A model generated the notes under the pieces. The model was given only the letters and a program-made list of their open reading frames with translations. It had not been told where the DNA came from and ran no database searches. The position numbers and the translations under genes were made by a program. A stretch of 56,872 nucleotides of DNA, counting the filler, from Sphacelaria rigidula (Eukaryota): assembly GCA_964200075.2 (NCBI GenBank). It is 7 parts of 7 records of this genome, joined end to end, with 100 filler letters (N's around TTAATTAATTAA, not from the genome) between each part and the next. Parts side by side here need not be neighbours in the genome. Positions count along the whole stretch, not along the records: positions 1 to 8,039 come from CAXNAA020012541.1; positions 8,140 to 16,178 come from CAXNAA020012542.1; 5 more parts are not named here. The stretch is one strand, 5' to 3'. Position 1 is the first letter of the stretch. Every line of letters starts with the position of its first letter. Positions 1-11,739 of the stretch are shown piece by piece.

Positions 1-164
1 GATCGCATCCGCCAACGCTTCGGCAAAAAAACAGGGGACACACGGCTGGGTGCCCCCCCCCTCAAAAACTCGAATTTTCGATCTTGGGGCCTACGTGTCT
101 TGATTTTTTTTCGCTGCCCCCTGTGGTGGTGCTGATTTTTCTTGAATGAAATTCAGAGGCCGTG

Positions 165-335
165 GTGCTGGTTGTTGCTGTGTGCGCAAAGTTGAACATG
201 CTTGACCCATTGCGTCCCCTTATTCGATGAAACTAACCCGACCGCACCGGGGCGACATTTTTGGTGCGAGCATGACGTTTTTCGGTAGAGTCTTCTGTGG
301 CCTTCCGCTGTAAAAGTGGTTGTCATCGGTATTTT
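165..335 (+). repeat. Dispersed repeat, second copy at about 51715-51890
   Basis: gtgtgcgcaaagttgaacatgcttgacccattgcgt...gcaccgggg..attttt-ggtgcg..catgac...cttctgtggccttc aligns by eye with 51731-51860. Confidence 0.8.
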
Positions 336-1041
336 CTTTTCCCGTCTTTTCTTCTTTGTTAGCGCATGATGATATTCAGTGTTATTCCTCTTCAATAATA
401 TGGAGGCGATAGGTTTGGAGATCAGGCGCCCCAACACAGTATACCAGGCGTCTGATGACACTGAAACTTGACATATGTGTGCCTTGATGGCGCGGGTAGG
501 TGTTGACGCAGCAGTTCCGGCGACCCAAGGCGTTTTGTGCGCTGCTTGGCTTGAAAGGATGATTATGCACGATACTGCAGTGATTCCGAAAACAAGAACA
601 CTTTCTGATGACAGTTCTAGAGGGTAACGGCATGAAATCCATGTGGAGATAGGAGTAGATCTTGCCATCCTTGTTGTTTACATCGCCCCCCTCTTGGTCG
701 AGGCTGGCACTAAGGCCGGAAATAACCACTTGTTAAGGTTCTCAAGATTTCAGAGGCAGATACCCCTGAGTTTTATACGACGTGCCGAGCAAGACGCGGC
801 CGCACAACGCAGCCAAGGAGACGAGCGTCTTTTGTCTCCAACATATTTAGGAAGACAGCTGCTCACTTGAAAGATTACTGGGCATCGTAAGACAGATGAA
901 GGTGTACCTTGTGCTGGAGTTTTTGAGTCGAACTTCGTGTTCGTTGAGGTCTTTTCTTTGCCCTGTACTCACCTGTCATCACTTATATACATGCTCAGTG
1001 TCGTTTTGTGTTCATGCTCACATTTTTTCACCGCGGCTCAG

Positions 1042-1581
1042 GTACCACGAAAAGATCAACGAGAAAGAGACCATGCGTCCTGTCAGAGAGGAGGATGCTT
1101 CACTGCGCGCCAGTCTTCGTATTCCTGCCGTAGTCGAAGGCGCGGCGGTAGCTGCAGCGGAGCCATGGACGGTGTCGACTCAGAGGGTCAGAGCGAGCAA
1201 CCGCCCGTGGCATCACCTTCACTTGCCCCACAGCAGCAAAGTGTGCGGCCGGTATCCAAACCCAAGCACTGCCCCTACTGCGGCCACAAATGTCAGATCG
1301 GGCCGTTCGCAAAGTACCATCGGCAGAGCTTACCGAAAAGTAGGAAAGTTACTGCTGTGGACGTCATTGACAACGCGACGTGCTCCGTCCCCCAACACCT
1401 GCGCCGTTGCCCTATCCCCAACAGCACAGCTAGAGGCCTCCGCCGCTTTGGTGGCAAGGAGTGCTGCTGCACCGGTGACGACGATCATCCAGGAGGTTGC
1501 CTGGGAGTTGTACCGCGAAAAAAGAAGGGGGCAGCGACAGCACAGCCAGCCGTGGAACCGGCAGCCGTTCAAGTCGACTGA
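1042..1581 (+). pseudogene. Degenerate Cys/His-rich coding remnant, possibly the C-terminus of a transposon protein
   Basis: Acceptor-like ctcag at about 1041; YHEKINEKETMRPVREEDASLR then a frame change to KPKHCPYCGHKC...H...CSVP...KECCC; family not recognised. Confidence 0.3.
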
Positions 1582-2437
1582 CCCCCACGTTCGGAAAATG
1601 TGCAGTCTTGACCACGCGCAAGAGCGCCGCTAGGCAGCACTACAGTTTCAACCTGAGAATGCACATAAGGCAGTAGTCGCGTCATGACCTGGGCTCTTAG
1701 GAAGTGATGATGTGGTGTTTTCGGACAATAATACAGTTCAAGTACCCGTTCATATAAATATATCTCACGCGTTTTTAGTACAGCTACCCTATGTACGTCT
1801 TACCTTGGTCGCTGTCTTGGTACATGGCGTGCGCTCGATTCACCAACGCCCGATCAATATGCACAACCTACCGTTGTGCTTTGCTTCGAGTGGCTCGTTT
1901 GCCGACCACCAGTTCCGAATTACCCCACGTGCGATGCGGGTACTCCTGCAAAATACCTTCCTCAACACAAATGGGACCTGCCTCCATGTAGAGACGGGCA
2001 CGACCCCCTGCCTCGGGATCGTCCGGCTCCCCGAAGATGGGATCAGACAGCTCCACAATACGGTCATAAAGCGCGAACGATGCGTGCGCATCTCGTGCAG
2101 CATACCTGCGCAGTGCAGGGGCGACGTACGCAAATGTGCGGAGCAGTGGTCAAGAACGACGATTTTAAGTTAGCAGTACGAAGTGCGTCGGCACAAGAAA
2201 TGACAGCAACACTGGGGATGGAAGCCACGCCAACAAAATGTCAGTATACAAGAGGATGCGCGTGTGCAGTCGGTTTGTTCAATCCTGAAGTTTTCCTTCT
2301 CTGCGCAAGTGGAGGACTTGACAGCAATTCAGACGTCCCTCTCTAAGAATCCAACCGTAGAGGCCCATGACACTTCAGGAAAACCGAAAACAAAGCTGAT
2401 AAAACGTCGACGCGTACAGTCTTATTTCGGCAGCAAG

Positions 2438-3007
2438 TGTTGGAAATTTACACAGCCATCAATCTAGCTGTATATCTTCTGTGTATGAGTTTTTACTCTG
2501 TAGCAGATCAGCGGGTCAATACGTCTCGGTTCAACTAGGAGCCACCCAATATTGACCAAAGGTTCAAACACTGTTTTTTCTGTAGGTACTTGAGTTCAAT
2601 GTCCTGTCAGATAAGCCATTGTTTGAGAGTGCTGTAGCTTGAGTAAGAATCCAGTCTGTGAGCTGGCAAACCAACAAGTCAGAGTCAAGGACGCGTTTTA
2701 GTCTACGTACGTGTAGAGCTTTTGTTTTTTGTTCCAAGGATTGAGGAATTGTAGTCGGTGGTCCTCACCGCCCTCTGCAGTCACTTTCCTTCACTACCAT
2801 CAGTTCTCCGTTTTAAGAGGAAACTGCGAGTTCTGCTTTTGCTGGCCAAATAAAGCGCCCAATCAACCATTTGTCTCACTGATTTATTCTGAAGCTGCGG
2901 AAGCAAGTGGTCTAATCAACCACGGTGCAACCTCTGCATACTACTGTTCGCTGAACAGTAGTTGGCCTGTCGTAAGGACAGCGCTACGACCACGAATTAT
3001 TCCAACA
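2438..3007 (+). repeat. 5' LTR of the copia element (570 bp)
   Basis: Inverted termini TGTTGGAA...TTCCAACA; followed directly by a PBS; homologous along its length to 27679-28315. Confidence 0.9.
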
Positions 3008-3020
3008 GGTTTTGAGCCAT
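3008..3020 (+). promoter_or_regulatory. Primer-binding site (GGTTTTGAGCC)
   Basis: Abuts the LTR end CA and resembles the GGTTATGGGCCC half-tRNA-iMet PBS of many copia elements. Confidence 0.7.
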
Positions 3021-3179
3021 CGATTCGCGACCACGTAGGTCTTCACGTCATCAGCCTTCGCTTCGAGACTACGTCGGTCAGCACCAGCGAGAGGACTTCC
3101 CGACAAGGTCGTCACGGCAGCTAACAAGTGAGAAGAGTCCTATCTTCATATTTCTTATTTGATCAAGGTTTTAGGTGTG

Positions 3180-4260
3180 ATGAATTCTCACACATACTGT
3201 AACAAGATGAATAATCAAGGAGAGCCATCTGTTGCACAGCTCATCAGGAGCATCAGGAAATTCGACGGAACAAATTTCCTCGAATGGAAGCGCAGCACGC
3301 GCGCAATGATTTCCCTCACACATCCTGGGATTTCGGATATAATGAATGGAAGTAAACGTCCCGCGGAAACGTTTGATGACGTGGAGCACACTCAAGGTGC
3401 GCGATCAGTTCCAGTTGCACGACCCAGGTCAAGATCAACTCCGCCACACACCCGCTCCCAAGGAACCGCGCCGTCTTCATCTGAAGAGGCAGCCGAAACA
3501 AGTGATCCAGTTGGGGACCCGCTGGCTGGCAGCGGAGTGGACTTCTCTCGGGAGGATACACATGTGAGAGTTGTGGTGAACAGACGTGAAGTTGATGATT
3601 GGGATCGCTGCAACGAACAGTTGTTCAACATACTATACTTGACAACTACAGGCCCAGCGGGTAGTTTTCTTCTTCGCTTCGAGCCGAAGGGCCACGCAAG
3701 ACCGGATGGCAAAATTGCATGGGAGGCACTGGTCGGTAAATACGAGAACTCTTCGAAACAACGTCGGCGTATTCTTATGCGTCACCTAGATAACATCAAG
3801 ATGTCATCTGGCCAAGATCCTGACGTGTTTTTGACCAAGATCTATGAACTACGTGATCAGCTGGTGTACATGGGTGAGCCCATTTCAGACGATAGACTTA
3901 CGGACATCGTGGTGGAAGGCTTGACAGATGAATACGACAGGATAAAGTATGATGCGGAGCGTGACCCAGACTTCAGCATCTCCGACATCGAAGTAACAAT
4001 GAGGAATATGTATTCAAATCGCGTCGCACGCGGAATTTTATCGAAGGGAACACGCGGCCGTGATTCTGCCATGATAGCAACCTCACCCCTCGATTCATCT
4101 GCAACACCTACAAAATTTTGCTGGAAAATGTTTTTCCTGCGGTCGGCCTGGACACCAAAGCCGAGACTGTCGCTCGAAACGACAACCTCTCAGCAGGAGC
4201 AGGACTGTAAAATGGTGCAGCCTGCATCGTAAGATAAACATGAAAATTCAGAATGTAAGA
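3180..4260 (+). pseudogene. gag: Copia gag, frameshifted before the zinc knuckle
   Basis: KFDGTNFLEWK, DGKIAWEALVGKYE, DPDVFL; knuckle CFSCGRPGHQSRDC lies in a shifted frame at about 4128-4170. Confidence 0.9.
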
Positions 4261-4423
4261 GTCAAATCACTAACGGTGCTACGCCGACGAGTAGCAGGAA
4301 CAACAACTACCAGAACAAGAACAACCATCACCGTCGAAACAACACGCGCAACAGCAACAACAACAACTCCGGGTTCAGCACGAACAACACCATCAACCAT
4401 CCGAATCAGCCAATACCGCCACC

Positions 4424-7400
4424 ATGGACCCTGCGTCAACCACTTCTTCAACTACTGTTCCTTCCAATGATCAAGCTCAAGACACGAGCGGACCTGCATC
4501 TTCAACATTGATTGACACATGCGCGCCACCGAGTGGCATAGGCTATACCTTTATTGCCGATCCTGCAGACAAGGACATGACTCAGCTATCGGCTTCGATA
4601 TTATTCAAGATGGTATGCGACTCCGGGGCCAGTCATCACTACATCGACAATCAGCTACTCCCTAATATTGAAGAGGAAATGTTTGATTATGCGAAACTCG
4701 ATCCCCCCATGAGAATTCTGACAGCTGCTCGTCATCTCCTCAGTGGGACAAGAAAGGGAGTACTACACTCCATCGTCTGTGATCAACAGGGTAATCAACA
4801 CTCCGTCCACCTTCCGGCCATTATTGTTCCAGGCCTCGGTAAACATCTTTTCTCACCTGTCGAGGCAATACTGAAAGGAGTATCAACTATATTTTCGTTA
4901 AATTCTCACGTGGATCTTGGAAGCGTCAAAATTCCTATCCGGACCGACAATACCGGTACGCTACACTTCCTCAACATGAAACTTATTCGGGATCAGAAGA
5001 CCTTCCGCACCAACTCCGGGTCTACGTTTACAGCTGAGGTGGTTTCTGGAGACTGCATGGGCCAAGGAACAGCATATACAGCTATGGCCACCGAGGACGA
5101 CCCCGCGGCTCTTTCAACCACTGTAAGTGCAGAAATATGGCATAAACGCCTGGATCATCCGAGTGAACCCGTTATGCGTCGTATCATGAATACACCCGAG
5201 ACGGGTGTCAAGTTTATTGGTTCACTTTCTTCGTGTGACACCTGCATGCTGAACAAAAGCACCCAGCAAAACCATCCGAAGACCGCGGACTTTTCATCAA
5301 TGACTGAGCGTCTACAACTTGTGACAACGGATCTGTCTGGACCCATCACACCGGCTGCATTAGGAGGGTATAGGTATATGGCTAAATTCACCGACCACTA
5401 CAGTCGACTGAAAGTTGTATACTTTATCAAGGCAAAAAGTGAGGCAATTGCTACCATGTGCAAGTATGTTCAAGACGTGGCAATTCCCTTAGGACTACGA
5501 GTACACCGCCTGCGGTCGGATCGGGGGGGGGAATATATTGCAGACTACTTTCGACGATACTGCAAAACTACAGGAATTCTCCAAGAGTTCACCTGTCCAC
5601 GTACCCCCCAGCAAAATGGTATGTCAGAACGCGACGGAAGAACTATTCTAAACATAATCCGTTGCCTCTTGAACGAGGCGAACCGACACAAGGAAGGACA
5701 CCTCAACAAACTGGAGGACAAGGTATGGGAGGGACGGCAGCCCTTCATACCGCATCTACGACCGGCATTCCGGCAGGATTAGTAGTTCCAGAAACGTCAC
5801 ATTCATTGAGCAAGCATCTGGAGCTCCAACCAATTTGTGGCAAGAACCAACTCCGAATACTTGGGAGGGAAATATCGACAATCAACAATACGAGGACCAC
5901 ACTAATCAGAACATTTTCGACTTTTTTGAAGGTATCAAGCAGCTGGAAAATGTCGAAGACAGTTCTACTACTTCAACACATCCAATGCGGCTTCGATCTG
6001 CTGGCAGTGTGGAACAGCCTACTGCAACATCTTCAACGACTAAACAGCAGTCCAATGAACTACATAAATTAGCTCTGACGGCGGAACATTCGTCACAGCA
6101 GTACATGGCTCTGGAAACTGTTCTACAGTATATCGGAACGGTTGGCATAAAAGCGTAGTGCCACCTGCATCGATTCCAGTCCCCAACAACTACAAACAAG
6201 CATCTTCTTCACCTTTCGCAACAAAATGGAAAGCAGCCATGTTAGACGAACTCCGCAGCATTCAAGACCATCGCGTGGCCGACACTATTCCAGCTGGAAA
6301 CGTTCCGCCGAATAACAACATAATTGGCACGAGATGGGTCTACAAGATCAAAGCCGACGGACGATTCAAGGCCCGACTTGTTGTACAGGGTTGGGCACAA
6401 CGACACGGCTTCGACTGCGGGAGCACTTTCGCACCAGTCTGCCGACTGGAGAGTCAGCGAATCCTCCTTGCGATTGCAACTGCAAAACACTGGCCAATAA
6501 TACCCTCGATGTTCAAACAGCCTTTTTGAATGGAAAGCTACAGGAGACAGTATTTTGCAAGCAGCCACCTGGATTTGAGACAACGGACGCTACTACCGGG
6601 CAACCACATGTGATGCTTTTGCGCCGCGCCCTTTACGGTCTGCGTCAGAGTCCCAATGTATGGAACGCAACGATAGACTCCGAGCTGAGAAAAATCGGCT
6701 TTACTCCTACTGCGAGCGACCCCTGCGTCTGTACGAGAGGACACGATAATAAATACGTCATGCTTACGCTATTTGTGGATGACATCCTTCTGACCGGACC
6801 TTCGATCAAGCTTCTTCAAGACGTTCAAGATAAACTAAAGAAGGAATTCTCCATTTCAGAGCTTGGACCAGTGTCCCTTATCCTCGGCATGGAGATAGTG
6901 AGGGATACAGAACGGGGAATACTCAAATTATCTCAGCACAAGTACATCCTTTCCTTACTACAAAAGTTCAAGATGGAGTCTTGTCATTCAGTGCATACAC
7001 CAGGGATCATCAATAATACACTTCCAGCTTCGGAGGAACATCTACTGGATCTTCAAGGGATGAAGCAGTACCAAGCTATAGTGGGAAGCTTGATCTTTCC
7101 ATCCCAATGCACGAGATTCGATATAGCTTTCAGCGTTACTCAGGTCGCCCGCTACATGAGCAAACCTACCACGGAACACATGGCAGCTGTCCAACGTATG
7201 TTTCGCTATCTGAAAGGTACACCGGATCTGCCCATCGTCTACCGCAGTTCAAGAAACAACTTGGAACTGAAAGGTTTCGCATATTCATCATATGGGAATG
7301 AAGGTCTTGGAGGGAAGATGAGATCAACATCTGGGACTATGTTTTTTCTGGCTAACAGACTTATACATTTTTCTTCGAGTCTACAACGGATAACAGCCTC

Positions 7401-7738
7401 TTCTACAACCGAAGCTGAACTTATAGCACTGGCAAGAGGAGGGAAATTCGGTACATACCTTTTCAATCTCCTTCGAGAGCTTGGGTGGTCTCTGCGGCCT
7501 CCAACGCTTTTTTTCCGATTCACAAGGCGCCCTCCACCTCTCTTCGAACGCGAACTACAGTAATAAGAGCAAACATCTGGCGATTAGGTTCTACAGCCTC
7601 AAGGACCTCATCAACAACGACCAACTAATCGTCAACCATGTCAGGACTACTCGTCAGTTGGCCGACATACTCACAAAATATTGTGAAAAGGCAACACACC
7701 GGCGACTCCTTAATGCAGTCGCCGATTTCGGAAAGTGA
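4424..7738 (+). pseudogene. pol: Copia pol (protease, pre-integrase zinc finger, integrase, RT, RNase H) with frameshifts and an internal deletion
   Basis: CDSGASHH; WHKRLDHPS...CDTC; TDL..TDHYSR..RSDRGGEY..PQQNGMSER; RWVYKIK..KARLVVQG; LDVQTAFLNG; ALYGLRQSP; LFVDD; SSTTEAE; KHLAIRF..QLADILTK. Confidence 0.95.
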
Positions 7739-8039
7739 CCCTACCGACGGAGGTAACACACGTTCGTCATTAACAAGGATGACGAACTGATCGGCGTGCG
7801 TCATTACTAGTACGTCATTTTTAAAGGAGGCGTATCAACTTTCGTACGTCAAACACTTCAACGAAGCAGGACTGGGACCACCACCAACGCACACCCAGTC
7901 ACAACTCTCAAACCACCTCTCCCATCTTCATCTACCAACATACACCACTACTTCCCTTCTTCAACAATGAACAACAAATTGTGAGAATTGAGGTTTAACT
8001 TCGAGATGAGGCTCAAGCCTAAAACAGTGCTTTCCCCAC

Positions 8040-8139
8040 NNNNNNNNNNNNNNNNNNNNNNNNNNNNNNNNNNNNNNNNNNNNTTAATTAATTAANNNNN
8101 NNNNNNNNNNNNNNNNNNNNNNNNNNNNNNNNNNNNNNN
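8040..8139. other. Artificial contig spacer (N44-TTAATTAATTAA-N44); same spacer at 16179-16278, 24318-24417, 32457-32556, 40596-40695, 48735-48834
   Basis: Six identical 100-bp spacers exactly 8139 bp apart; contigs are 8039 bp (last 8038). Confidence 0.98.
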
Positions 8140-8505
8140 ACACCAAATCTTCGAAATATGGTTCCATTTCTTCACCTACTGATAGCTATTGACAACTGCT
8201 ACACGCCGTACAAATTTGGGTTTCCATCACCGAAATTTTGGGGTCCTAGGGGAAAGAACAATTGTGGGGAATTCCGCGTGTCCGAACGGACGCCGAAATG
8301 GTTCCGAAATTGTTTTTTCACCTAGGACCCCAAAAGTTTGGTGGTCGAAATCCAAATTTGTATGGTGTGTAGCAGTTGTCAATAGCTATCAGTAGGTGAA
8401 GAAATAGAACCATACTTCAAAGATTTGGTGTGGAAACGAAGATTTTCATTCCCCGGTTTTCCCATCCCCAATAAAAGATCCATCCCCAATTTGTAAGATC
8501 TCGTG
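8140..8505. mobile_element. Fold-back MITE, family A (left end lost at contig edge)
   Basis: 8140-8265 is the near reverse complement of 8305-8431; ends aataaaagatccatccccaat as does the copy at 12165-12500. Confidence 0.85.
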
Positions 8506-11500
8506 TTGTTCGCCCTTCTTCAACTCGAATGCGTCATGGGCACTTTCGGGCAAAATTCTATCTCAACAATTGCCCTGCAGGTAGGCTACGACGTCTCAAA
8601 GCCCTACTCTATGGGTTCGTGTGCCCAGTATCGAACTCGACAGTCTGTAGTCATTCTGGGAGCTACATGATAGGCAAATCAAAACAGGGCGACTGTACGA
8701 TGCTGTCGCGAAGGCGAAGCAAGCGGACCCGGAGGTTTGATCAATGGGGAGCGCTGCTCGACAAACCGACGAAGCACTTGATCACATGTCCTCGGTGATT
8801 TTGGTTCATCCACTACCACGAAGTAGCGGAAGCTGCCGATGATGTAGGATAGCCCATGTAGCGTGATTATGCTCAGTAATCATCTGATCGAGCCCTGCTT
8901 CCACCTGTCAAACCGATTCCTTTACTACCTCGAATACCCAAATCCGCTACTCCTACGCGAATCATCAGTCAGTACGGGCGCCTTTCCCCGGAGGTTTCCC
9001 ATGGGATTATATACATGAAAATGTTGTTGGCAATATTGGCTCGTGTGGCGCTGTCTCACTAGACTGAATAGCAGAAGTTTGCACAGTAGCTGCTAAGCTT
9101 CCTCGCGATGTGCAGCAAAAAAGGAGAAATATCGGGTGGTTTTCTGTGGCGTTTCTCGGCCAAAACAAAATCAAATAGCCTCTTTTGCACGCAGAGAGCT
9201 GGAGGAAAACCTGGGCAAGCTTGGGAGAGTGAAAGGGGTGGCGATCGAGATTAAGCCTCACCGCTCATCACTTGCTGAAACAAAACCAATTCTGCACACG
9301 TATGTCCAACGAAACCAAATGATTCGGTTCAAATACTACTGCTACTGTTGACGCGGTAGCCTTGGTAGCTCTTCGCTTAGATCAACTGCAATCTTACACA
9401 CATGATACCCTTCAGCTCACGTGTCCAAGGTACTTTACTAGAGTACCTTTTTGTGACAAATCATGGCAATACGCCTACTCCAGCAAGATCCTACTTGAAA
9501 CGCCACTCAGGCAAGTAGACTGTGAGTTACGACAAAAGAGGTATTAAGTGAAAAAATATTTATGTTTCGTTATTTCCTTGAACCGTTATCAGTTGTGCTG
9601 CCTATCTTGCTGCTACGACTTGATTCAAACACAGTGAATATAGACCGCATAATCTAAATTCTCAACACATGTCACTCTGTCATCTAGGTTATCGCTTGGA
9701 ACATCGAGCCTTCCTGGCGATGTGGTGCGGGTGGTCCGAAACGGGCGGGGTGCGGGGCGACAGTGTTTCCTACGTAAAATAATGAAAGTTCTCATGAATT
9801 CAGAACCCGATATTGACAGGACCGTCATTATTAAACGACGCAAACACTTGCACCCAATGTGACAGGGACCGCTAATTCGTCGGCTTGACGACGCGACAGT
9901 AGCGCTTGGTGAAACGGCTGAAGCGTTGGATTCCTTTATTTCGGTCTCGTGCGGGCTCAAGATTGCCAACATCAGGTGACATATGGCACGCCTCATGACC
10001 ATGGCTTGACTTCCTTTACACCATGGATTCCGTGTGACTGCTGAACCCAGAGCGCATTTGCTTGACACAAGCTTACGAAATCACAGCGTGGTTCTTCAGA
10101 TCAAATATCCCATGCTGAGCATGGGCGTGACGCACGGGGATTCCTATGGTAGTTCTGTTCAAAAAGCGAATGGTGTCACGAGCACAAGTGTCTTGATATT
10201 GTACGTGAGCAACTCTTACGCCGTACTTGGACACGACGCATCCCGGTTTGGTTGAATTCAGCAGCTCTTAGCGCACATGGGTCGATCAGGCTTATGATGT
10301 CAAGGTAAATGGTGGTGGCACAATGGTCAGCTTTTTCACGCGATAAACCGTACCAAGTGCAGTGATATATCATAACTAGATCGTGGGAGGTAGCAGTCCA
10401 GCCCATGACAATAATACTTAAGGGTCAACTCACGATCAAGTCGGCGCGAGTCAGCTAGGAACCGACGCTGGGGAATACGGCACCGGCAATATCCTCATGT
10501 TTTTGGGGTGGTACTCGCTGACGCTTACAGAGTGCCTGCCATGCTCCACGCCACCGTTTCTCAGCGCGGATGCCCTGTTCACCAGAGCGGGAATTTCTTG
10601 CACAGGAAGGAAAGAGCTCTGTTCGAACTCCCCGTATAGCAATGTACCAGGCTCAATTCGCGGGGAAAGCAGTGCGGGGGGGAATGACAGGGCGGAGACC
10701 CGAAGGTACGTAATGCAATTGTAGGAGGGAGCACCAGGAAGCGAGGGAAGGGGGGGAGTCTCACTTCCGTACATACGAGTAAATACCTGAGTTCATTGAA
10801 CTTTGATTCGCTCCGCTGCTTGTCTCCTTCCCCCAAAGAAGGGAGAGTGCAGTGCAAATTGGATGAATACACACTTCAAACATAAGCCTAGCGCCGCAAG
10901 AGTTCACTTTTTGGGCTGCTGATCTAACTGGTCGGGTTGGAAAGATTGACGCACGAACCTGTCGAGTCGGCTGTGTGTGTTCGGTGAGGGTGATGTTTTT
11001 TCTAGGCGATTCGATAGGACAGAAGTAAATGGAAACTCGCTATATATACTGTCACGAGCCCCGTGAGTGGGACTAGCTCAACTCGGCAGGGTAATGAGTC
11101 CACCATCGAGTCAGCTTAGTGTTCATACAGGCCGCAGCTGAAGGCTCACGTTGAGGTCTATGTTAGCGTTCGCTCGACCTCGTACCCTACACTTCGGCAG
11201 GCGGGATGTAGGTTTTTAGCACCTCGGAGACGTTGCTCCCCCCCCCCCTAGAGCGCTGAAGCTGGTACAAAGTATGGGGGAATCTTTGGCCAAGCTCTCC
11301 GCTGTGAAGGTCTACTCAGAAGCATTAAAGGAGGAGGGAACCATAGGGAACCGTAAATGGAGTGAGAAGAAGTAATACACGGGACATCCCGATGTGAGTA
11401 AGACCTTGTGTTATGCAAGTCGTCCTTGAACCTTACACGGTGAAAATGACCTCCCTGGAGGAAAGAAACCAGTACAGCACCGGGGCAAGAAGAAAGACGA

Positions 11501-11739
11501 TACGATCGTGAGACGCCTGGATGGTTTATCATGGAGATCATCTGGCACAAACGTGGGGTGCTTACGTCAAGGGTGTTGAGCTTGGTTTCAGGCTGCAAGC
11601 CTATGTTGGACGCATTATCTAGTGTCGGCGAACCAGCAAAAGAACTGAAAGGCACCAGACCCCTAATAAAAACTGGGATTAGGATATATATCCCAGTACC
11701 TTGACTATATCCCACCGCAGGACTTGAAACAAACAAGCT

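Larger units (their letters stand above)
2438..8039 (+). mobile_element. Ty1/copia LTR retrotransposon, decayed; 3' LTR not reached before contig end
   Basis: LTR, PBS, gag, protease, integrase, RT, RNase H in copia order. Confidence 0.95.

Noticed and set aside
8520-10440. Degenerate coding-like sequence
   Set aside because: Many stops in every frame and no recognisable motif
11050-11730. Possible LTR (TGTCAC...GAAACA), and C run at 11238 as the LINE TSD
   Set aside because: No matching TSD or second copy, so neither boundary can be supported
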